DNA of 64,000 nucleotides from Terriglobia bacterium (lineage in GTDB: Bacteria; Acidobacteriota; Terriglobia; JAJPHL01; JAPKYU01). The notes below the pieces were generated by a model. The model was not told the DNA's origin. It made no database searches and saw nothing but the letters and a program-made list of their open reading frames with translations. Of this stretch, positions 1-9,343 are shown piece by piece. How positions within the stretch are numbered: position 1 is the first letter of the stretch; the number at the start of each line of letters is the position of its first letter. The stretch spans positions 1,504,001 through 1,568,000 of the forward strand of contig CBDBKE010000004.1 of NCBI GenBank assembly GCA_965206645.1, written 5' to 3'. The position numbers and the translations under genes are program-made.

Positions 1-251
1 CGATGGTCGTGGTGGACAATGCCAGGAAGGTGATCAGCAGGACCATAGACATCACGGTCACTTCGGTGCTGCAGACGACGGCCGGCAAGATGATTTTCGG
101 CAAGTACGACGAGCGGGCGCATCACCGCTCAGCGCTCGCAGCCGGCGGGAGCAGCCCGGAAAGCCCCGGAGCGGCATACCCCTCTGGGGCTGGCGGGCGT
201 TCTCAACACCGCGAGCGTTCCGAACCCACGAATCTGTCGGAACGGCTGTGA
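1..251 (+). CDS. PIN/TRAM-domain protein (YacL-like), C-terminal part only
   Basis: MVVVDNA...VTSVLQTTAGKMIFGK is the typical TRAM C-terminus; lies directly upstream of ispD/ispF, a common arrangement. Confidence 0.8.
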   Translation, partial: MVVVDNARKVISRTIDITVTSVLQTTAGKMIFGKYDERAHHRSALAAGGSSPESPGAAYPSGAGGRSQHRERSEPTNLSERL

Positions 252-1009
252 AAGTCGCTGCCATCATTCCGGCAGCGGGGATGGGAACGCGGATGGCGTT
301 GATGCCGGGAGCTTCGGCTCGCTCCGGGGTACCGCGCGCGGGCGTGGAGGTGGCAGCCGGCTCCCCCCGCAAGCAATTCCTGCTGTTGGATGGCGTCCCG
401 ATCCTGATCTATACCCTGCGGAAGTTCGCGTCCTGCCGGCTGGTGGAGCGGATGTACGTGGCCGTCCGCCCTGAAGACCAAGCCGTCTTTGTGCCGGCCT
501 TGGAGCAAGAGCCCTTCGCCGCCCAGGTGGAAGTGGTGCCCGGCGGCGACTACCGCCAGGAATCGGTGGAGAACTGCCTGCTATGCATCTTGCCCGATAC
601 CGATCTGGTGGTGGTGCATGATGCGGTGCGCCCTTTCGTAGAAGTCAGCGCCATCGAACGGGTGATTCAGGAGGGGGGAAAGACAGGGGCCGCCATCCTC
701 GGCATTCCCAGCGTGGATACGGTGAAGCAGATCGAACGGACCCGGGTGCTGGGAACGATCCCTCGTGAGCGGATAGTGCTGGCCCAAACTCCGCAGGTGT
801 TCCGCCACGCGCTCCTGAAACAAGCCTTCGAGCGGGCGGCGGAGGACGGCTTCCAGGCCACCGACGAGGCCAGCCTGGTGGAGCACCTGGGCGCGGAAGT
901 TAGCGTGGTCATGGGATCGGACCGCAACATCAAGATCACCAAGCCCGGTGATTTGGAACTGGCCCGCCTGTTCTTGTCGGAGGAACGCGCTCGCGCCAGC
1001 CTTGCCTGA
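248..1009 (+). CDS. ispD: 2-C-methyl-D-erythritol 4-phosphate cytidylyltransferase
   Basis: IIPAAGMGTRM, KQFL, VVVHDAVRPF, AQTPQVF, TDEASLVE and NIKITKPGDL motifs. Confidence 0.95.
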   Translation: MKVAAIIPAAGMGTRMALMPGASARSGVPRAGVEVAAGSPRKQFLLLDGVPILIYTLRKFASCRLVERMYVAVRPEDQAVFVPALEQEPFAAQVEVVPGGDYRQESVENCLLCILPDTDLVVVHDAVRPFVEVSAIERVIQEGGKTGAAILGIPSVDTVKQIERTRVLGTIPRERIVLAQTPQVFRHALLKQAFERAAEDGFQATDEASLVEHLGAEVSVVMGSDRNIKITKPGDLELARLFLSEERARASLA

Positions 1010-1022
1010 GGTTCCTCCCGCC

Positions 1023-1502
1023 ATGATTCGTGTGGGGATCGGCTACGACTCGCACCGACTGGTGGAAGGGCGCAAACTCATCCTTGGATTGGTCGAGATT
1101 CCCTTCGAGCGGGGCTTGGCAGGACACAGCGACGGCGATGTGCTTTCCCATGCCATTGCCGATGCGCTGCTCGGCGCCGCCGGGTTAGGCGACCTGGGCC
1201 GCCATTTCCCGGACACCGACCCGGCCTTCCGCGGAGCCTCCAGCACCCTGTTCTTCTCCAAGGTCCTTGCCCTGCTGGCCGAGAAGGGCTACCGTCCGAC
1301 GTCGGTGGACGCGGTGGTGATCCTGGAACGTCCCCGGCTGGCCCCGCACCAGCAGGCTGTTTGTTCGGCGCTAGCCGCGGCTCTGCACCTGGCTCCGGAA
1401 AACGTCAACGTCAAGGCAAAAACGGCCGAGGGCCTGGGCGAGATCGGGCGCGGGGAAGCAGCCGCGGCGCACGCGATTGCAGTGATTGAACCACTCCGCT
1501 GA
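1023..1502 (+). CDS. ispF: 2-C-methyl-D-erythritol 2,4-cyclodiphosphate synthase
   Basis: MIRVGIGYDSH, GHSDGDVLSHAIADALLGA, HFPDTDP and VNVKAKTAEGLG motifs. Confidence 0.95.
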   Translation: MIRVGIGYDSHRLVEGRKLILGLVEIPFERGLAGHSDGDVLSHAIADALLGAAGLGDLGRHFPDTDPAFRGASSTLFFSKVLALLAEKGYRPTSVDAVVILERPRLAPHQQAVCSALAAALHLAPENVNVKAKTAEGLGEIGRGEAAAAHAIAVIEPLR

Positions 1503-1609
1503 GCCGGTCCACTGGCCCGTCGCCTCGGACGTTCTGATTCTCTGGGTCTACAGACGGCGTCAGCATTCACTTCGGAACAACATACAGGCAACGGTTTTTG
1601 AGCACCTTG

Positions 1610-2731
1610 TCAGGGCGCGGCGTCCTCGAAGTCGATCTTGGTGTCGGCGGTGAAGCGCCGGTACTGGCGGAATTGAATCTCGTTGCGGGTGGCGACGCGT
1701 CCTTCATCCATTTCCATCACGGCACGGGACGGCAGCAGGAAGGAGCGCCCGGCGATGATGGCGTAATCGTAGTCCAGAGTGGTGGAGGCGGCGCGGATGG
1801 GAAAGTCGCGGGGGATCTCCTCGGCTTCGATCGAGAGACGCAGCACCTGGTGATTCTCTGCATCCACGACGACCTGGCCCCCGTACGGGGGAACGATAGT
1901 GAGCTCGTTGTTCCAGGTGATCTGCCAGCGGGAACGGTCTTCTGACACGCGGTATTCGTACTCGTAGACCGCACGACCGCGGAGGGAAGCCGGCCCCACC
2001 CAGGAGAAGCGCGTCCGGGTCTCCGGCAGGAACAGATTGTGGAGTAGACTTCCAAATTCGCCAGTGGAGGTGGCGCCGCCCAGTGATTCATAGCTGCGGT
2101 TGGTGATCTGGTCGTTGATGGTCACCACCTGATAGCTTTCCCGGTGCTCATTGTAGGTGAGCCGCACCTGAATGATGTCCAGGGTCCTCCAATAGCCGCT
2201 GCCGTCCAGGTTCGCCTTGCGCTTGGTGACCTGCACGCAGATGAAGTTGGGCAGCTTGTCCGTGTATTGGAGGGCATTTTGGCGCACCTGCTCCAGCAAG
2301 CGAGTTTGCTCTGAGGGATCGAGCGGCGGAGGTTTTGGGCCCGGTTTGGGAGTCGGCGCCGGGTGGGCGCCACCGCTGCGATGCTTCAATTCCTCGGCTG
2401 CCTGATCCAGGGCCTCCAGCAACGCGGTGCTGGCTCCCTGTTTCTTCAGTTCCTTGCGGATGGACTTGGTGAGCAAGAAGCCGATCCCGCGGGTCTGGAC
2501 CATTTCCAGCACCTGCTGCTTGCTGAACAGACCCTTGCTGCGCACCAGGAGGAACAGTTCGTCCCGGCTGATCGATGGGTCTGGGCTCTCCTGCGCCGCA
2601 GGCACGTTCTGGGGCGCGAGAAGGAGCAGGGACAGCAACAGCAAAACCACGGCATCCCTAGGATACCACCGACGGCGGGCAAACATAGGCACGTCTCCGA
2701 TCTTGGCGGCATTGACGCCCTGTGCCCTCAA
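1610..2731 (-). CDS. Secreted hypothetical protein (Acidobacteria-type)
   Basis: Signal peptide, Pro-rich linker, then a YTDKLPNFICVQVT...STGEFGSLL domain; true start may be 2686. Confidence 0.7.
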   Translation of the reverse strand: MRAQGVNAAKIGDVPMFARRRWYPRDAVVLLLLSLLLLAPQNVPAAQESPDPSISRDELFLLVRSKGLFSKQQVLEMVQTRGIGFLLTKSIRKELKKQGASTALLEALDQAAEELKHRSGGAHPAPTPKPGPKPPPLDPSEQTRLLEQVRQNALQYTDKLPNFICVQVTKRKANLDGSGYWRTLDIIQVRLTYNEHRESYQVVTINDQITNRSYESLGGATSTGEFGSLLHNLFLPETRTRFSWVGPASLRGRAVYEYEYRVSEDRSRWQITWNNELTIVPPYGGQVVVDAENHQVLRLSIEAEEIPRDFPIRAASTTLDYDYAIIAGRSFLLPSRAVMEMDEGRVATRNEIQFRQYRRFTADTKIDFEDAAP

Positions 2732-2765
2732 TCATAGAATTTGTTCCTTGGGTAAGGTTTGGAAT

Positions 2766-2822
2766 GGAACCACGGATCGGTGAACCATGGATCGGTAAAC
2801 CAATGGATCGGTGAATCAATGG
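2766..2822. repeat. Short tandem repeat (~15-16 bp unit, GGATCGGTRAAYCA) before the mqnA start
   Basis: ggaaccacggatcggtgaaccatggatcggtaaaccaatggatcggtgaatcaatgg. Confidence 0.75.
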
Positions 2823-3667
2823 TCCGAGTCTCCACCATCGGGTATTTGAACACAGTGCCGCTCACCTGGAGCCTGCTGCGGCAGCGCGCGGACGAGCTGG
2901 AATTCAGCTTCACCGTGCCCTCGCAATGCGCCGAGCAGGTCGCAAACGGGCAGGCCGACGTGGGCTTGATCCCCTCCATCGAATACGCGCGAATTCCCGG
3001 GCTGGCGGTGCTGGCAGGTCCGGTGATCGCCAGCCGTACGCAGGTACGCAGCATCCTGCTGCTGGCGGCCGGCCCACTGGAGAAGATTCGGACTGTAGCC
3101 GCCGACACCTCCTCGCGGACCACCGTAGCTCTGGCGGATCTATTGCTGCGCTGCCGCTACGGCACCCGCGTCGAAATGGCGCCCTGCTCTCCCGAGCCGG
3201 CCAGCATGTTGCAGCGCTGCGATGCCGCGGTGCTGATTGGTGACCCGGCGCTGCGCTACGGGCTGCGGCCCCTGCCCGGCATCCGCGCCATAGACCTGGT
3301 GGCCGAATGGCGTGCCTGGACCGGCCTGCCGTTTGTGTTCGCTTTTTGGGTGGCGCGGCAGGAGGTCGCCAGCCCGGAACTGGCCCAGCTTTTCCTGGAG
3401 GCGCGCGAGCGAGGCTTGGCCGCGATCGCTCAGATTGTTCGTGAGGAAGCACGCAGCCGCAGCCTGCCGGAATCTGTGGTACAGGAATACCTCTGTCGCA
3501 ATCTCTGCTACGATATGGACGCGGAGTGCCGGGCCGGGCTGGATCACTTTTACCGCTTGGCGGCCGAGCACGGTGTGATTCCAAGCGTCCCGCGGCTGCG
3601 CCTAGTGGTGCCGGAAAGCGTATCACGGGCCGCGGCAGGCTCGGCCTCCTCGGACAACACGCCATGA
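2819..3667 (+). CDS. mqnA: Chorismate dehydratase (futalosine menaquinone pathway)
   Basis: IGYLNTVPL, VPSQCA, DVGLIPSIEY, SSRTTVAL, LIGDPAL and WTGLPFVFAFW motifs; overlaps mqnC. Confidence 0.9.
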   Translation: MVRVSTIGYLNTVPLTWSLLRQRADELEFSFTVPSQCAEQVANGQADVGLIPSIEYARIPGLAVLAGPVIASRTQVRSILLLAAGPLEKIRTVAADTSSRTTVALADLLLRCRYGTRVEMAPCSPEPASMLQRCDAAVLIGDPALRYGLRPLPGIRAIDLVAEWRAWTGLPFVFAFWVARQEVASPELAQLFLEARERGLAAIAQIVREEARSRSLPESVVQEYLCRNLCYDMDAECRAGLDHFYRLAAEHGVIPSVPRLRLVVPESVSRAAAGSASSDNTP

Positions 3668-4695
3668 CGGAAGCGGAAGCCCTGGATCTGTTTCAAAGCG
3701 ATGACCTGATCGGGATCGGCCTGGCTGCCGACACCGTGCGTCGCCGCCTGCATCCGGACGGCATCGTCACCTATCTGATTGACCGCAACATCAACTACAC
3801 AAACCTCTGCACCGAATACTGCTCCTTCTGCGCCTTTTACCGCCCGATGGACTCCAGCGAAGGCTACCTGCTGTCACAAGAAACGATGTTCCAGAAGATC
3901 CAGGAGACGCTGGCTCTGGGCGGGACGGGCGTCCTGATGCAGGGCGGGCTGCACCGCGACCTGAAGATCGAGTGGTACGAGGAGTTGTTGTCGGCCATTC
4001 GGCAGCGCTTCCCGCGCGTGCACCTGCACTGTTTCTCAGCCCCTGAAATCTTGAACATCGCCCAGATCAGCGGGCTGACCATTGGCGACACGATCGCCCG
4101 GCTGAAGGACTCCGGGCTGGATTCGATCCCGGGCGGCGGAGCCGAAATCCTGGACGACGAGGTGCGGTGGCGCATCAGCCGCCTGAAGTGCACCACCGAA
4201 GAGTGGCTAACGGTGCACCGCACCGCGCACGCGCTCGGGTTGAGCACCACGGCCACCATGATGTTCGGTTGCGGGGAAACCTACGCGCACCGCGTCCGCC
4301 ACTTCCTGCGCATTCGGCAATTGCAGCAGGACACCGGCGGGTTCACCGCCTTCATCCCCTGGATCTTCCAGCGCACCAACACGCCGCTGGGCAGCTACAT
4401 CAAGGAAGAAGCCACTGCAGTTGAGTACTTGAAGACGCTGGCCATCGCCCGCCTGTTCCTGGACGACATCCACAACGTGCAGGCTTCCTGGCTGACACCG
4501 GGCCTGAAGATGGGCCAGATCGCCCTGCGCTTTGGTGGCAACGATCTGGGCAGCATCTTGATCGAGGAGAATGTCGTTTCCGCGGCCGGCTGCGGGAACC
4601 GTACCAATGAAGAAGAGTTGCGTCACATCATCCGCGACGCCGGTTTCCGGCCCGTGCAGCGCGACACCCTCTACCGCGTCTACTTCCTGAAATGA
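3664..4695 (+). CDS. mqnC: Cyclic dehypoxanthinyl futalosine synthase (radical SAM)
   Basis: DRNINYTNLCTEYCSFCAFYR CxxxCxxC motif, LMQGGLH, SIPGGGAEIL, GGNDLGS..EENVV. Confidence 0.9.
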   Translation: MTEAEALDLFQSDDLIGIGLAADTVRRRLHPDGIVTYLIDRNINYTNLCTEYCSFCAFYRPMDSSEGYLLSQETMFQKIQETLALGGTGVLMQGGLHRDLKIEWYEELLSAIRQRFPRVHLHCFSAPEILNIAQISGLTIGDTIARLKDSGLDSIPGGGAEILDDEVRWRISRLKCTTEEWLTVHRTAHALGLSTTATMMFGCGETYAHRVRHFLRIRQLQQDTGGFTAFIPWIFQRTNTPLGSYIKEEATAVEYLKTLAIARLFLDDIHNVQASWLTPGLKMGQIALRFGGNDLGSILIEENVVSAAGCGNRTNEEELRHIIRDAGFRPVQRDTLYRVYFLK

Positions 4696-5387
4696 GCCGT
4701 GGACAGGCCCACTCCCGCACCCTTAATCTTCCCTCGGCGTTGGCCTCGGCGCTGGTCCTGACCTTTTTGCTATCGCTACTGCTGGTGCCGCTCCCACTTC
4801 GGGGCCAGCAACCCGGTTCCGGCGAAGACGTCAGTACTTGGAAATACAAGCACCTGGCGGTGGTGATCCACAATTCCGGCGCCCACCGACCGACGGCGCT
4901 CTACTGCATTGATGTCCTGAACCAGCTGTCGAGGGTCAAACCGCCTCCAGTGTCGGTCAGCCTGTTTGGGTTTGAGGAAGCGTTCCAGCAACTGGAAGGA
5001 GGACGTTTTTCCCGCAAAGTGCGCCTGCTCCTGCCCGATACGACCAGCGCCGAAGCCATGCGTGAGGCGGCCGATGAGCTGGTATTCCGTGGTCCCTCTC
5101 CGGTGTATGACGCTGTGGACGCCGCTTTGAATGCTGCGACTGAGCACCCCAAAGCCGCCGTGCTGCTCCTGTCGAACGGGATTGACAATGCCAGCGCTGC
5201 TTCGTTCAAGGACCTGGCTCGCCGCGCGAAGAAGACTGGCGTGCCCATCCTCGCGGTTTACCTTCCCGCCAACCCGCCGCAAAAGGGTCCTTCCCGCATG
5301 CGCCGTCTGGCCAAGGTTTCCGGCGGCCGCTTCATTGATGCGAGCGCCGAAGATGCCTGGCAGCAACTGCTGGCCGCGTTGCGCTGA
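4692..5387 (+). CDS. Secreted VWA-like domain protein
   Basis: Signal peptide; GPSPVYDAV, VLLLSNGIDNAS and LAKVSGGRF resemble a VWA fold. Confidence 0.65.
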   Translation: MSRGQAHSRTLNLPSALASALVLTFLLSLLLVPLPLRGQQPGSGEDVSTWKYKHLAVVIHNSGAHRPTALYCIDVLNQLSRVKPPPVSVSLFGFEEAFQQLEGGRFSRKVRLLLPDTTSAEAMREAADELVFRGPSPVYDAVDAALNAATEHPKAAVLLLSNGIDNASAASFKDLARRAKKTGVPILAVYLPANPPQKGPSRMRRLAKVSGGRFIDASAEDAWQQLLAALR

Positions 5388-5419
5388 CGGATTCTGTAGA
5401 TTAGCCGGAAAGATAGCTG

Positions 5420-6127
5420 CTACGGCTGGCTGGCGGAGGAGGCGGCCCGGAGCTGGGCGACGCGCTCGCGCAATTGTTCGGCGTTGTCGGCGTGCGGATT
5501 TCCGCGCAGGTACCACTCCAACGCCTGCACCTCCTGAAATGGCTGGTTGCGACGACTGTAAATCTTGGCCAGGTGCAGGTGGACGGCCGACAGCGTCCCT
5601 GCCTTCCGGTAGGCCAGTGCGCGGTTGAAAGCGATTTCGGCCCGGTCCAGCTTGTTTTGCCTGAGCAGTCCTCGACCCAGGTGAAAGTAAGCCTTAGCGT
5701 CTGAGGTGTTGGCCGTAACTGCTTTCTTCAATGTGGCAACCGCGCGCTTCACATCGCCTTGCGCCAACAGCATGCGGCCTTGAATCGTGCGGCAGCGCCA
5801 GGAGTAGGAATGTTTCTTGACGCAGCGCGCTAGCAGTTCGGCCGCTTCCTGCTGTCGCTGGTCGCGCAAGTACACCTCAGCCAGCACCTCCAGGGCCTGG
5901 CGTTGGGTGGGCTTCCGTTTCAGAACGGCCTGCAACCGATGAATTCCGGCTGCCCGCTGGCCTCGGTTGATCAAGTCGGCGGCAGCTTCCACCTGAAGGA
6001 GGAGCGGATCGGGGTTCCGCAAGTAGGTTTTCCGCCTGGTTTGCGCGCTGGCCCCGGACTGCATCCACCCCAAGCACACCACCAATCCCCAGGTCAGACA
6101 GAGGCGGCGAGGCCGCCCGTCAGCCAC
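5420..6127 (-). CDS. Tetratricopeptide repeat protein
   Basis: TPR-like helices (AYFHLGRGLL..AEIAFNRAL); start codon uncertain. Confidence 0.7.
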   Translation of the reverse strand: MADGRPRRLCLTWGLVVCLGWMQSGASAQTRRKTYLRNPDPLLLQVEAAADLINRGQRAAGIHRLQAVLKRKPTQRQALEVLAEVYLRDQRQQEAAELLARCVKKHSYSWRCRTIQGRMLLAQGDVKRAVATLKKAVTANTSDAKAYFHLGRGLLRQNKLDRAEIAFNRALAYRKAGTLSAVHLHLAKIYSRRNQPFQEVQALEWYLRGNPHADNAEQLRERVAQLRAASSASQP

Positions 6128-6893
6128 GGCTCCCCTCCGGCGCCACCGCCGGAGTCGGCTGCGGCTCAGTGGGCTTCTGTGACTCCTGCGACGCCACGCA
6201 GTAAAGGATCCGGCCGCAGTTCTCGCAGCTCCGAATCTGGTCGTTGGGTCTGACCTCCTGGTAGGCCTGAGGGCGAAGCCGCACGTTGCACTCACAGCAG
6301 GTACCGTCCCGCACCTCGGCCACCGCTACTCCCTTTCGGTGGCGCAACAGCGTATCGTAAGAACCCAACACCTCGGCCGATATCTGCCGGCAGTACTCTT
6401 CCCGCCGCTGCCGCAGCTCGGCCAACGCTTCCTCATCGACCTGGGTCTGCGCAGTGGCTTCCGCCTTCTCCTTCTCCACGGCCTTGCGCTCGCCCACCAG
6501 TTGCTCTTCCGCCTGCCGAACCCGCCCTTCCAATTCCTCGGCGGCAATCATCCGCTCCAGGATGGTGTCTTCGATCTTGCGAATTTCCCCCTCGGCAAAC
6601 TCGATCTCATGCTGGAGCGCCTTATACTGGTCGTTGGTTTTGACTTCATAAATCTGGTCCTTGTACTTGGAGATTTTTAGCCGGTGCGGCGAAATTCCAC
6701 CTTCCAATCTTCGGCGCTCCAGCTGATTGTCGGCCAAGACCTGCCGGTCCTTTTCTAGCTGACGTTGGGCGCCGGCCAGCTTACTTTCGATCTGCTGGAT
6801 ATGTCGGGGCAGATAAGCGACTTCTGCGGAGAGACGCGCGATCTCTCTATCCACAGCTTGCAACTCGATGGCAAGCTTCAGGTCCGGATGCAT
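6120..6893 (-). CDS. Coiled-coil C4 zinc-ribbon protein (DUF164/CT398-like)
   Basis: Long coiled coil ending in GTCCECNVRLRPQ...CENCGRILY. Confidence 0.9.
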   Translation of the reverse strand: MHPDLKLAIELQAVDREIARLSAEVAYLPRHIQQIESKLAGAQRQLEKDRQVLADNQLERRRLEGGISPHRLKISKYKDQIYEVKTNDQYKALQHEIEFAEGEIRKIEDTILERMIAAEELEGRVRQAEEQLVGERKAVEKEKAEATAQTQVDEEALAELRQRREEYCRQISAEVLGSYDTLLRHRKGVAVAEVRDGTCCECNVRLRPQAYQEVRPNDQIRSCENCGRILYCVASQESQKPTEPQPTPAVAPEGSRG

Positions 6894-7078
6894 GAAATTC
6901 CTGTTGACATGCCAAGCTTGCTCCATTCTAACACGTGCCTGGGCGGTCACGTCCCTCCGCGACTGGTGTCGTTTCCGCTTTCCTGCGCTTTTGAGAGGGG
7001 TATCGCCCAACCTGATCTGGAAAGCGCCCCTAGTCGCAAGGCCTAGTCGCGAGGAGCGCTGGCTGGTATCGTAAGTAC

Positions 7079-8077
7079 ATGCACCTGGCGGAGCTGACGC
7101 GCAAATTGGTGGATATCGAGTCCATCACGGGACGGGAGCACGAGGTCGCGCTGTTTGTGGCCGACTACCTGCGCGGCCTGGGCGCCCAGGTGGAAGTGGA
7201 GGAAGCCGCGCCCGGACGCCCGAACGTCTTTGCCTGCTGGGGCAAGCCGCTGGTGACTCTCTCGACGCACAGCGACACGGTGCCTCCCCATAGCAGCTCC
7301 GGGGAAGACGGCGAATACATCTACGGCCGGGGTTCGTGCGACGCCAAAGGCATCATGGCCGCCCAGATCAAAGCCGCCGAGCGCCTGCGGGAACAAGCCA
7401 CCGAGAATTTCGGACTGCTGTTTGTGGTGGGCGAGGAGCGGGACTCGACGGGAGCCGCCTTCGCCAATGACCACCCGCGCGGCTCGCGCTTTCTGATCAA
7501 CGGCGAGCCTACCGAAAACCGGCTGGCTCTGGGTTGCAAGGGCGCTCTGCGGCCGGTATTGGAAGCGCGAGGGCGGGCGGCCCACTCGGCCTATCCTGAG
7601 CTGGGAGAATCGGCCATTGAAAAACTGCTGACGGCGCTGGTCAACCTGCGTTCCATTCCGCTGCCTTGTGACGACCTGCTGGGTGCCTCCACTTATAACA
7701 TTGGCCTCATCGAGGGTGGCTGCGCTCCCAACGTCATCCCCGACCTGGCCCGGGCGGAGGTGCTGTTCCGCCTCGTGGGTTCCTCCGAGCCAGTCAAGCA
7801 GGCCATTGCCCGCGCCGTCGCCGGATTGGCCGAGGTCCACTACGTGCTGGAGATCCCCGCCATCCGCCTCGAAGCCATGGAAGGCTTCCCGACGACGGTG
7901 GTATCCTTCACTACGGATATTCCCAAGCTGAGCAACTGGGGACGCCCCTACTTGGTCGGGCCTGGGTCCGTCCGGGTGGCACACACGGACCATGAACGCG
8001 TAGCTAAGCAGGAGCTGGAGCAAGCCGTGGGAATCTACTCGGAAATGACAAGGAGACTGCTGGCCGAGTGCAGGTAG
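7079..8077 (+). CDS. M20 family metallopeptidase (ArgE/DapE-like), probable DAP-pathway deacylase
   Basis: THSDTVPP, YGRGSCDAKG, GEE, GEPT and AHTDHE motifs; heads the dap cluster. Confidence 0.85.
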   Translation: MHLAELTRKLVDIESITGREHEVALFVADYLRGLGAQVEVEEAAPGRPNVFACWGKPLVTLSTHSDTVPPHSSSGEDGEYIYGRGSCDAKGIMAAQIKAAERLREQATENFGLLFVVGEERDSTGAAFANDHPRGSRFLINGEPTENRLALGCKGALRPVLEARGRAAHSAYPELGESAIEKLLTALVNLRSIPLPCDDLLGASTYNIGLIEGGCAPNVIPDLARAEVLFRLVGSSEPVKQAIARAVAGLAEVHYVLEIPAIRLEAMEGFPTTVVSFTTDIPKLSNWGRPYLVGPGSVRVAHTDHERVAKQELEQAVGIYSEMTRRLLAECR

Positions 8078-8223
8078 CGCCGACCTTGAACATAGCGAGC
8101 GGGGGGCGGCAGCAGACTGAAGCTCATCGTTACATAGTGCCACCCTTCAGGACCTAGCGCCACCCTTCAGGGCAGCAAGACTCGCGCGGTGGACACTAGC
8201 GCTCAGGCACTTGGAGGTTACGT

Positions 8224-9264
8224 ATGAAAATCGAAGTAGGAATTTTGGGCGCCACCGGAATGGTGGGGCAGCAACTGGTCCGGCTGCTGGAAAATCATCC
8301 CTGGTTTGAGTTGAAGTGGGTGGCAGCTTCGGGCCGCTCTGCGGGCCGCGCCTACGCTGAAGCCGCGCCTTGGCGGCTGGCGTCGCCGATGCCCGACCAG
8401 ACCCGCAACTTGCGGGTAGAGGAGTGCCGACCGGGCGGTGGGCCACGCCTGGTCTTCTCCGGGCTGGACACCTCGGCGGCGCGGGAAATCGAGCCGGAAT
8501 TTGCCCGCTGCGGCCACGTCGTCGTCAGCAACGCGAGCAGTTTCCGCATGGAACAGGATGTGCCCTTGCTGGTGCCGGAGATCAACGCCGAGCATCTCGG
8601 GCTGCTGGCCGCGCAAGAGCCGCGCGGGTGGAAAGGAAAGCTAGTTACCAACCCCAATTGCTCGGCCATCACCCTGACGATGGCGCTGGCGCCGCTGGAG
8701 CGGGCCTTTGGGCTGAAGCGCGTGCTGGTAACCACTTTGCAGGCCGTCTCCGGCGCCGGCTACCCCGGCGTAGCGTCGCTGGACATCCTGGGGAATGTGA
8801 TCCCCTTCATTCGCAACGAGGAAGAAAAGATCGAGGAGGAAACGCGCAAGATTCTCGGGCGGCTGCGCAACGGTAAGGTGGAAGAGGCAGCCATCACGAT
8901 GAGCGTGCAGACCAACCGTGTGGCGGTGCTCGACGGCCACACCGAAAGCATCGCGGTGGAACTGCACCAGTCCGCCGGCTTGCAGGATCTGAAGCAAGCC
9001 TGGCGCCAGTTCCGGGGCGTGCCGCAGGAGCGGCGCTTGCCCAGCGCGCCGCTGCATCCGGTAGTGGTGATGGAGGAACCCGACCGGCCGCAGCCACGCC
9101 TGGACGTGGAGCGAGAGGCCGGAATGGCCACCTTCGTCGGGCGCGCCCGCCCCTGCCCGGTGCTCCACTACAAGTTCATCGCTCTGGGGCACAACACCGT
9201 GCGGGGCGCCGCCGGCGCGGCTCTGTTGAACGCCGAGCTGATGAAATCCGAAGGATTGTTGTGA
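8224..9264 (+). CDS. asd: Aspartate-semialdehyde dehydrogenase (archaeal/fungal-like type)
   Basis: GILGATGMVGQ, NPNCS, QAVSGAGYPG and HNTVRGAAG motifs. Confidence 0.95.
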   Translation: MKIEVGILGATGMVGQQLVRLLENHPWFELKWVAASGRSAGRAYAEAAPWRLASPMPDQTRNLRVEECRPGGGPRLVFSGLDTSAAREIEPEFARCGHVVVSNASSFRMEQDVPLLVPEINAEHLGLLAAQEPRGWKGKLVTNPNCSAITLTMALAPLERAFGLKRVLVTTLQAVSGAGYPGVASLDILGNVIPFIRNEEEKIEEETRKILGRLRNGKVEEAAITMSVQTNRVAVLDGHTESIAVELHQSAGLQDLKQAWRQFRGVPQERRLPSAPLHPVVVMEEPDRPQPRLDVEREAGMATFVGRARPCPVLHYKFIALGHNTVRGAAGAALLNAELMKSEGLL

Positions 9265-9343
9265 ATTGACGATTTGAGTTTTATTGGTCCATTGACGGTT
9301 GGTCTGTTTTTTCCCTTCAATCGCCAATGATTCAACATCCTCC

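Noticed and set aside
8078-8223. Lysine riboswitch before asd
   Set aside because: The region is too short and lacks recognisable conserved elements; only a 17-bp direct repeat is present.
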